Virus record (IMG/VR): IMGVR_UViG_3300007513_000005
Reading direction: 5' to 3' (one strand)
Source: a virus
DNA: 64,000 bases
Shown: piece after piece, positions 57,116 through 64,000 of the stretch
How positions within the stretch are numbered: the stretch's first letter is position 1
Layout of the letters: every line of letters starts with the position of its first letter
Made by a program: the position numbers and the translations under genes
Notes under the pieces: generated by a model
Seen by the model: only the letters and a program-made list of their open reading frames with translations
What the model was told of the DNA's origin: nothing
Database searches by the model: none

Positions 57116-58339
57116 TTAATCAGCAATATAACTAAATAGTATGTTCGCCTCATTCTGGGGCGCTTCTTCGAAAGTAACCACCCTACCAGACAAAGTATAG
57201 TCATTATCTGCCCCGATAAGCATCAAAAGACCTTGGTTAAACACCATAAGTGTTCCTGCAACAAAATCCTCTGGTACTGTAAATTGTGTAGTCGATCCGT
57301 CAGCTGTCTCGGTGGGTGTTTGGGCAACTTTGTAATTAGTAGTTGTCACAGAGTCTGCAGAAGATGACGATCCTCCACCTCCACCACCGCCTGTGGTAGC
57401 TTCCGTTGTTGTTGCGCCTGGGTTTCTAACTTGCTTGTAGTTTGCAATATTGTCATCAACCTTTGGTAACAACAAGTCTGATTTAAGTCCTTCAAGTCCA
57501 TACAATCTCCCGTTTACAGTATCTAGGTCATCACCAGTAATTATCCTCTCCCTCGGTATCTTAACTTCAACAATGTTTTCTCGAATAGAAACATTTGGTT
57601 GAAGTCTATTGACATTCTCTCCAGTTAGCCACCCAAGAACCTCAATGTTGAGTTTTGTCTCAAACTTTCTTTCTTCGTTTGAAAAGTTGCTTATATTGTT
57701 GTTCTGAGAGAAGTCCTCCTGTATAAACGCTTCATACCTTAATCTCCCCTCTTCAATTATTACGTAATTGATGCCACCTGGTCTTGTTATGAAGGGTGTC
57801 ACTATTTGATTCATTTGTTGTTGATATTCCGTTCTTAGGGTTATTTCATACTGGACCGTGACATAGACTGGTAGTGGGATTGTTAATGTCTCATAGACTA
57901 TCTTGCTATTCTTCTTTGAGAAATTTAATTGTCCTGCCCTTTTATACATCGAAGCATTTGCAAAATTAGAAGTCTTATCTTGCTTAATTCGCCTGGAAAC
58001 TGATATGGATCCGCCCTTTACTTTATCAATAGGTGGAATATTTGCAAACACAGTACCCTTCCTCGAAGGATCCTTGGTGATGTTAGATCTCTCTATTGTT
58101 ATAACTGGCAGAACCAGGGTACCGTCCTTGTCCCTGAATCTACTATCCTTCTTACTTTGAAATAACCTTTCAGATGAAGTCCATACCACTGGCACTTTCT
58201 TAAACCCAGTTGGCGTAATGCACCTAATGTCTAGCGTTTCTTCTATAAATTTATGCATTGCTAGATCGATCGTTTCCATCGTGGACGGGGGAAAAGGAAT
58301 ATCTTCCAATCTTCTAGATTTTGTGACTGATAATACCAT
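57116..58339 (-). CDS. Tail terminator/sheath stabiliser (gp15-like) paralog with a C-terminal beta module
   Basis: IDLAMHKFI, VPVVWTSSER, LPVITIER, PVYVTVQYEITLRTEYQQQMNQI; GGGG/SSS linker then an extra domain. Confidence 0.78.
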   Translation of the reverse strand: MVLSVTKSRRLEDIPFPPSTMETIDLAMHKFIEETLDIRCITPTGFKKVPVVWTSSERLFQSKKDSRFRDKDGTLVLPVITIERSNITKDPSRKGTVFANIPPIDKVKGGSISVSRRIKQDKTSNFANASMYKRAGQLNFSKKNSKIVYETLTIPLPVYVTVQYEITLRTEYQQQMNQIVTPFITRPGGINYVIIEEGRLRYEAFIQEDFSQNNNISNFSNEERKFETKLNIEVLGWLTGENVNRLQPNVSIRENIVEVKIPRERIITGDDLDTVNGRLYGLEGLKSDLLLPKVDDNIANYKQVRNPGATTTEATTGGGGGGGSSSSADSVTTTNYKVAQTPTETADGSTTQFTVPEDFVAGTLMVFNQGLLMLIGADNDYTLSGRVVTFEEAPQNEANILFSYIAD

Positions 58340-58347
58340 GCCCTACC

Positions 58348-59193
58348 TCACAACCCATATTTTGCCAACTCATCTGGGTCGACAATGGTCCTTTCTTTTG
58401 GAATCTTAACTTCTACGATTGTCTCATTAACTACCTTGTGAGGTGTCTCTTGATTTATGCCACTTCCAATCAGGTGCCCAAGCACCTTAATATCGAATTT
58501 TGTTTCGAATTTTCTTTCTTCGTTTGAAAAGTTGCTTATGTTGTTTTCATGTGAATAGTCCTGCTGGATAAATCCTTCATACCTGTGATTACCATCTCTG
58601 ATGATGATATAGTTAATGCCGCCTGGAACTGTCATAAAAGGCACTACAAGGTCGTTCATTTGCTGCTGGTACTCCGTTCGGAGGGTAATCTGATACATCA
58701 CCGTAACATAGACTGGCAAGGGGATAGAGACCGTCTTATACACGGTTTTTTCAGTTTTATCTGGAAAGTTCAATTGCCCTCTCCTTCTCTTGGAGTGGGC
58801 GTTCTTGTAGTTGGAAGTCTTATCTTGCACGATCTTCTGCATAACGGGGATGGTGCCACCCTTTATCTTATCTGTTGATGGTATGTTTGCCCACACTGTG
58901 CCCTTCTCGCTAGGACTTTTTGTCATCGAGGTCCTCTCGATAGTGATAACTGGCATGATTAGAGCGCCTTCAGCATCCCTAACACGACTATCCTTTTTGC
59001 TCAACACTGATCTTTCAGCTGATGACATTATAACTGGTACTTTCTTAAACCCAGTTGAGGAATTTACGTGTAGATTCATTTGCTCATCCACGAACTTATA
59101 CATAGCAGTATCTATATTCTCAATTCTTGAATCGAAAATACGCTTGCCTTCGTAGTCGTTAAGTTGTTCGCTGAATGGTTTATGACGTTCCAT
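58348..59193 (-). CDS. Tail terminator/sheath stabiliser (gp15-like) paralog
   Basis: IDTAMYKFV, VPVIMSSAER, PVYVTVMYQITLRTEYQQQMNDL; collinear with 57116..58339. Confidence 0.8.
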   Translation of the reverse strand: MERHKPFSEQLNDYEGKRIFDSRIENIDTAMYKFVDEQMNLHVNSSTGFKKVPVIMSSAERSVLSKKDSRVRDAEGALIMPVITIERTSMTKSPSEKGTVWANIPSTDKIKGGTIPVMQKIVQDKTSNYKNAHSKRRRGQLNFPDKTEKTVYKTVSIPLPVYVTVMYQITLRTEYQQQMNDLVVPFMTVPGGINYIIIRDGNHRYEGFIQQDYSHENNISNFSNEERKFETKFDIKVLGHLIGSGINQETPHKVVNETIVEVKIPKERTIVDPDELAKYGL

Positions 59194-59671
59194 TAAATAG
59201 ACCCTCTCTTGCCTTTATGCATTCGGCACTTATTTCCATCATGTGGTCGCGCTGACCAAAGATTTGAGTTGGTTCATTTAAAGTCGCGATCTCATAATAA
59301 GTTTCACCATACAAAATAAAATCACCCTCTCTAACAAACAAATTCTGATCCTCTGTCAGTCTGCGTTTATGAAAATGCACTACAATTTTTGACAATCGAT
59401 CTACGCCTAAGTTGGTCGTTTCCGTCTCATACCCTTGCCACTCCACAAGAGCATAGACCATAATTGGATTGAGAAAGGTCTTGTTCATTGCTTCGCCGTA
59501 TATTGGATGAAAATTTGTTTCCTCAATAGACACTGGGTAGTAGACCACCTGTTGCCCAATGACTCTTTCGATAATTTCATCACTAACCTGTTTTACAAGG
59601 TCTCGTTCCTTCTTACCAGTAAAGAGCGGTGGTGGTGGCGCTTCTGGTTGATTCCACTTATTATCTCCCAT
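59180..59671 (-). CDS. Neck/head-completion protein (gp14-like)
   Basis: EIIERVIGQQVVYY, HPIYGEA, EGDFILYG; position after the gp13-like gene. Confidence 0.78.
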   Translation of the reverse strand: MGDNKWNQPEAPPPPLFTGKKERDLVKQVSDEIIERVIGQQVVYYPVSIEETNFHPIYGEAMNKTFLNPIMVYALVEWQGYETETTNLGVDRLSKIVVHFHKRRLTEDQNLFVREGDFILYGETYYEIATLNEPTQIFGQRDHMMEISAECIKAREGLFNGTS

Positions 59672-59677
59672 AGTATA

Positions 59678-60931
59678 TTACCCCACATACACCGAATAGG
59701 GTATTCTCTGCAAGACTTTTTCAGCTGCTTCGACCTCCAGTGCCTCCTTTTCCGCAATCTTTTGATAAGTAAGTTCGGAAAGAGTTGTTTTAAGTTCTTC
59801 TCTGAGAGCGTTCTGTTCTTCTTTGCCCTGTGATACTAAATCAGTTCCGTTGAGGGTTATACTATCACCAGGAATGGGCAATGAAGCAAACTTGGATCTG
59901 ACCTGTCCTAGTGTTTCCTTGGATAGAGCGAGCGCGAATCTCCTGATCCACTGCTTACCAATTGAATTGATAGTGTCATAAGGCAAGTTAGAGAATGGCA
60001 ATGTATTCATGTTATTAACCCCCTCTAGTTCGCCTCGACCATTAGTGTCATCGTCCAAGTTAGATGAGGGGACAGAGAATTCTACCCACATTTTAGTAGG
60101 TCCGCCACCATATGGAATCGGAAACAATCTTATCTTATTGTTCCTAAGTTCATATGACCAATGAGACATTCTAGTGTATATGGCGTCCTCGAATGCAAGT
60201 GCTTGTGCCTTGTTTTGCCATGCTGGTACAAGCTGGAAAGTGGAATCATCCGAGAATTGTCCATAATTGTGAAAATTGCCAATCACATTCAACCCACCGT
60301 AGTACCCATAGAATCTCCACATTGCACTAGGCGTCTTGTAATACACTTTTTTAATCAATATCCTTTTGCCATTAATCTTGCCAGTGTATGGTGCGCCTGA
60401 TTCAGAGGAAATTATGTCCTGTAGATCATAATCTTGCTGCCCTACAGTGACATCAAATGACGCGGAGTATTGTACAGAATCCTTTAATCCTATTTCTGAT
60501 CCAATTTTCTCAGAGACGCGTCTGGAAAAACCATAATCAAATTTAGGATACTTCAAACTACCCGAGGCTGCGCCTGAAGTTAGTTCACCCTTATGATCGA
60601 ATGTCCCTGTTGCATGACCCAAAAAACTAGGCAATGCATTGTTTGCCTGATGTATGTTTATAAGATATGAATACTCAAGTACTGCTTCTTCGTATGCAGC
60701 ATATATGTTTCCATCTGAAAGTTCTATATCCAGCACATCACCGCCAAGTTTCTTATATGTGTGTGCAACCTGGTCGACCGCACCTGAAATAAAGTTTCTA
60801 GAATACAGCACACTACTGTTTAATGAATATATTTTATATGGTAAAGATTTATTCACATTACCATGACTACCAGTCTCTGGCAAGATGCTCTTGCTAGAAG
60901 TGCTAGCTGGTCTTAATGTTGGTAAAGACAT
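59678..60931 (-). CDS. Neck protein (gp13-like)
   Basis: KKLGGDVLDIEL, WIRRFALALSKETLGQVRSKF..IPG..ITLNG. Confidence 0.85.
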   Translation of the reverse strand: MSLPTLRPASTSSKSILPETGSHGNVNKSLPYKIYSLNSSVLYSRNFISGAVDQVAHTYKKLGGDVLDIELSDGNIYAAYEEAVLEYSYLINIHQANNALPSFLGHATGTFDHKGELTSGAASGSLKYPKFDYGFSRRVSEKIGSEIGLKDSVQYSASFDVTVGQQDYDLQDIISSESGAPYTGKINGKRILIKKVYYKTPSAMWRFYGYYGGLNVIGNFHNYGQFSDDSTFQLVPAWQNKAQALAFEDAIYTRMSHWSYELRNNKIRLFPIPYGGGPTKMWVEFSVPSSNLDDDTNGRGELEGVNNMNTLPFSNLPYDTINSIGKQWIRRFALALSKETLGQVRSKFASLPIPGDSITLNGTDLVSQGKEEQNALREELKTTLSELTYQKIAEKEALEVEAAEKVLQRIPYSVYVG

Positions 60932-60954
60932 TTAATTGGTCCTCCGTGTCTAAG

Positions 60955-60962
60955 TAATTAGT
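60955..60962 (-). promoter_or_regulatory. Putative late promoter motif ACTAATTA
   Basis: Upstream of the neck gene RBS. Confidence 0.62.
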
Positions 60963-60998
60963 CTTAAACTTAACAAAACGCTAGGACTTCAAATTTCT

Positions 60999-61364
60999 TT
61001 ACTCTTCAGTCTTCTTTGTAGTTCTTCTTGTAGTTGTTGTTTTTTTTCTTGTTGTGCGCTTCTTTCTGGGTTTTGGCGTCTCAACATCAACAACCTCATC
61101 TTTAACTGGTTCTTCGATTTGGACTACCTGAAGTTCTGGTTCGGGAATCCGTGGAGGTGCTTGGACCTCTTTCTTTTCTTCAACTGGTTCGTTTGTTACA
61201 ACTTGAACCTGCTCTTCTTGCTTGATCTCTTCACTGGTGTTCATGTCAATTTCGATCAATTTGTTCTCAACCTCTCTCTTGTCAAAACCAAGTGCTGATC
61301 GCTTTGCAGCATACTTCTTGGCATATCTTGTCATTGTCATTCTTTTTCTACGTTTACCCATCAT
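60999..61364 (-). CDS. Small protein with basic termini and an acidic middle
   Basis: MGKRRKR... and ...KPRKKRTTRKKTTTTRRTTKK; late-motif variant upstream. Confidence 0.65.
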   Translation of the reverse strand: MMGKRRKRMTMTRYAKKYAAKRSALGFDKREVENKLIEIDMNTSEEIKQEEQVQVVTNEPVEEKKEVQAPPRIPEPELQVVQIEEPVKDEVVDVETPKPRKKRTTRKKTTTTRRTTKKTEE

Positions 61365-61394
61365 TAAACTCCTTTAACTAAAACGATTATAACA

Positions 61395-61402
61395 TAAATA
61401 GG
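61395..61402 (-). promoter_or_regulatory. Putative late promoter motif variant CCTATTTA
   Basis: Just downstream of a terminator, upstream of ORF 61364. Confidence 0.5.
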
Positions 61403-61410
61403 TTTTTAAT

Positions 61411-61445
61411 AAAGAAAAACCCCCAACCAAATTGGAAGGGGGTTT
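61411..61445 (-). terminator. Rho-independent terminator
   Basis: AAACCCCC..CCAA/TTGG..GGGGGTTT hairpin plus T tract. Confidence 0.75.
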
Positions 61446-61470
61446 GACTTGTAGTAAGGCGAGTTACTTT

Positions 61471-61905
61471 TTACTGGTCAGCAAATGCTGGTGCTGTTTC
61501 GCTAACCACGCCGCCAGACAAGTACCAAAGGGTTCCATCAGAAACACATTCAATTCTTGTGCCTCCTGCTGGGTCATTTAAGGTTAACTTACTGTTACTG
61601 CTGCCGTTTGGTGCAACAGATGCGTTGTCTGCATTTGTATCTAAGTGAACCACGCCGCCCAAAAAGTATCTATCATCTGAACCCGTGTCAATAATCAATT
61701 CATCATCACCTGCCTGTGAGGTTACAATAAATGTAAACACGGTGCCGTTCTCTGGAGCGGAAGGAAGTGTAATTGTACAATCTGCCGCTAGTGCAATTGC
61801 ATAAATCTCTCCACTTTCTGCAAGTGTTAAAGTCTTGCTCGTTGCTGTAATCTTTTCTAGTCTTCTTCTAGAAGCATCATATGCTGCTCTACCTACTTTT
61901 GCCAT
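61471..61905 (-). CDS. Probable capsid decoration / head-associated protein
   Basis: Beta-rich 144 aa (TITLPSAP..GTVFTFIV) directly downstream of the capsid gene, with its own late motif. Confidence 0.55.
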   Translation of the reverse strand: MAKVGRAAYDASRRRLEKITATSKTLTLAESGEIYAIALAADCTITLPSAPENGTVFTFIVTSQAGDDELIIDTGSDDRYFLGGVVHLDTNADNASVAPNGSSNSKLTLNDPAGGTRIECVSDGTLWYLSGGVVSETAPAFADQ

Positions 61906-61957
61906 TTTATAAATCTCCTTTTAATTAATAAAGGCTATCGCCTTACCTTTTATATTA

Positions 61958-61965
61958 TAAATAGT
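61958..61965 (-). promoter_or_regulatory. Putative late promoter motif ACTATTTA
   Basis: Between the capsid terminator and ORF 61905. Confidence 0.65.
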
Positions 61966-61987
61966 TTAAACTAAACCAAACTCACAC

Positions 61988-62022
61988 AAAAAAACGCCCT
62001 ACCACAATATTATGGTAGGGCG
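61988..62022 (-). terminator. Rho-independent terminator after the major capsid gene
   Basis: CGCCCTACCA/TGGTAGGGCG 10-bp stem plus T7. Confidence 0.9.
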
Positions 62023-62047
62023 AATCTTTTAGTTGTCGGACACTTTA

Positions 62048-63799
62048 TTAAGCGCCTGCCTCACCAAGGAGACCTCTTACGACAACAAGACCATACATAT
62101 CTGGTCTAACCATCTTCTTAGCGTAACGGGTCATGACACCCTTACGTGGTACGAAGTCTTCCGTACCGAAAATGGTAGGTGTTACCTGGAGTGGTACATA
62201 TGGAGCGTACACATAACCGCTTTCAAGGAAAGAGTTACCTCTACGACCTACAAGAAGAATGTTTCTTGGGAAGTATGGATCAACCATAACATCAAACTTC
62301 TTGCTCAATGAACCAGTCTTAACAGCACCAATGTCACCACGGTCAGCGTCTGCCGTAACAGATGCGCGGAAACCGCTTGTGAACTCAAGGATGTTAGCAA
62401 CCTCTGGACCACAAACAACAAAGTTTGCGCCACCACGAAGTGTCTTTCTGTGGATCTGAGCGCTCACGTCATTGATTGTCTCAATGAGAGTCTCATACCA
62501 CTCGCTAACAGTACCTGTGAAGTCAGGTGAAGCACTGGTTGCACCAAGTTCACTGCCGTTGCTATCAACGAAAAGACCTGGAGCGCGTGACCAGTAGCGT
62601 GTACCTGCCTTAGCACCCTGGATCAAGTCAGAGAGAATCTCCTGGTCGATTTCAAGAGCAATTTGCTCAGAAAGAATACCAGTTAATTCAACCTCTGCGT
62701 CAAGGTTGTGATAAGCATTGAGGTCCTGACCTAATTCAGGAGTCCACTTTGCCTTCAACTTCTTTGTAGCAGCTGTGACCGCTACGCTGTCGACCTTGAT
62801 GTCGATTTCTGGGATGTTTCTTGGGTTGCTATTGTTAACTGTTGATCCACCTGTGGTATCACGACCAGCACCTTCAAGCTCCCACGGCTCTCCACCAACG
62901 ACTGAACCAAGTCCGCCGCCAGCTGAAAGCGTATCTGCTATCGGGAACGCTAGAGATGCATCATCTCTGGTAGGCGCGAACACGTCCGAAGCATGTCCGG
63001 TGAAAGTCAAAAGCAAGACCTCCTGGCTAGCACCTGTACCACCAGAGCCGGTGATTCTCGTCAAACGGCGGACCAGCTTTGCATGTCCGTAGTTTCCAGA
63101 ACCGTTAGATGCCGAAATTGCCGAAGCATTGACCGCACCAGATGGGAAAGTAGTCGGCAAGTGATTTCTATAAATAGAAACAACCGAAACTACGTCGGTG
63201 CCCGAAAGAAGATCAGGATCCCAGCGAATCAACTTCTTCTGTGCGGCAGTCATTGACGAAGGCGCTACGTTAGTAAGCCCCGTGCTCATGACCTTTGCCT
63301 GGCTCTGTGAACCAGTTGCGCTAGTGTAACCATTCGCCAGGTCATAAAAACCACCTGCTCCAACGCCCGTAGCAGGATTAAGATCAACACCGTCAATCAA
63401 CCCCTTCGCTACAACGTTACCACCATAGATAGATTGTCCTGCTAGACCGCGAAGGCGATCATCAGTCATTGTAAAGTCCAAGAAGAAGATAAGTCCACTT
63501 GGAAGACTCATTGGCTGCACGCTAACGAGTTCATTTGCAATCAACCCACCGAATACACGACGGACGATTGGGAAAGCAACTGATGCGAAACCTTCAACAT
63601 CACCTGCTGCCATTGAGGACGCTTCACGAAGAAGCTCCTTTGCTTGGTTCTCAAGGAGAACCGCCATACCATTCTTGGATTGCTCATCAGTAATACCTTC
63701 TAAGAGACCAGTCTTTTCCCACTTCGCAAGAAGTGCTTGACCTTCCTTAGACACGTCACGTCGAACAATACCTTCAGTTAATTTTTCTAATACAGACAT
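62048..63799 (-). CDS. Major capsid protein (T4 gp23-like)
   Basis: KWEKTGLLEG, LLENQA, VRRVFGGLIANELVSVQPMSLPSGLIF, KLKAKWTPELGQDL, YAPYVPLQ, GVMTRYA. Confidence 0.97.
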   Translation of the reverse strand: MSVLEKLTEGIVRRDVSKEGQALLAKWEKTGLLEGITDEQSKNGMAVLLENQAKELLREASSMAAGDVEGFASVAFPIVRRVFGGLIANELVSVQPMSLPSGLIFFLDFTMTDDRLRGLAGQSIYGGNVVAKGLIDGVDLNPATGVGAGGFYDLANGYTSATGSQSQAKVMSTGLTNVAPSSMTAAQKKLIRWDPDLLSGTDVVSVVSIYRNHLPTTFPSGAVNASAISASNGSGNYGHAKLVRRLTRITGSGGTGASQEVLLLTFTGHASDVFAPTRDDASLAFPIADTLSAGGGLGSVVGGEPWELEGAGRDTTGGSTVNNSNPRNIPEIDIKVDSVAVTAATKKLKAKWTPELGQDLNAYHNLDAEVELTGILSEQIALEIDQEILSDLIQGAKAGTRYWSRAPGLFVDSNGSELGATSASPDFTGTVSEWYETLIETINDVSAQIHRKTLRGGANFVVCGPEVANILEFTSGFRASVTADADRGDIGAVKTGSLSKKFDVMVDPYFPRNILLVGRRGNSFLESGYVYAPYVPLQVTPTIFGTEDFVPRKGVMTRYAKKMVRPDMYGLVVVRGLLGEAGA

Positions 63800-63820
63800 T
63801 GTATTGTAACCTCCTAATAT

Positions 63821-64000
63821 TTAATTGTCTTTATTAATACCAGCTAATCGCTGCATTCTTTCAGCAAAAATATCTGCTGAAGTAGCTCGTTTCTCTTCAC
63901 GAGAACGAACCAGTAAGCTAGATCTTCTATTGTTAACTGCCTCACTCAGCGATTCTGGACTCTTCTTTTGACTAGTCTCCACTGTGTTTTGAAGGGTTTC
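63821..64000 (-). CDS. C-terminus of prohead core/scaffold protein (gp22-like), truncated by the window edge
   Basis: Manual translation ...ETLQNTVE...SLSEAV...FAERMQRLAGINKDN*, immediately upstream of the capsid gene. Confidence 0.8.
   Translation of the reverse strand, partial: ETLQNTVETSQKKSPESLSEAVNNRRSSLLVRSREEKRATSADIFAERMQRLAGINKDN

Overview
This is a 64-kb segment of a large (jumbo-class) T4-related contractile-tailed bacteriophage genome. Essentially all real genes lie on the minus strand, use standard code 11 and have Shine-Dalgarno sites. In transcription order (right to left) it contains: (1) the head/neck/tail module, with the scaffold C-terminus, gp23-like major capsid protein, neck gp13/gp14, two gp15-like paralogs, two paralogous fibre genes, sheath, tube, tail assembly chaperone, two tape-measure-like paralogs, tube initiator, LysM wedge and hub; (2) a replication and nucleotide module, with a minimal PolA, divergent tubulin, Tdk, gp32-like SSB, RecA, 5'-3' exonuclease, DnaB, class II RNR, ThyX, DnaE, dUTPase and GuaB/GuaC; (3) accessory genes, with a GroEL/GroES/ClpP/Hsp20 proteostasis set, a PiT-like transporter, a myxobacterial-style Cys-rich VWA lipoprotein, SLT and L,D-transpeptidase-like enzymes, and a stand-alone LeuA regulatory-like domain. 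Two promoter classes are readable: near-perfect sigma70 promoters and a recurring ACTA(T/A/G)TTA late motif. The strongest sequence-level oddities are an internal in-frame ribosome-binding site inside the long fibre gene, a probable +1/-2 frameshift in the tail chaperone, and repeated gene doubling in the tail module. All protein family calls come from motif recognition by eye, not database searches. No tRNA, CRISPR array, intein or mobile element was recognised.
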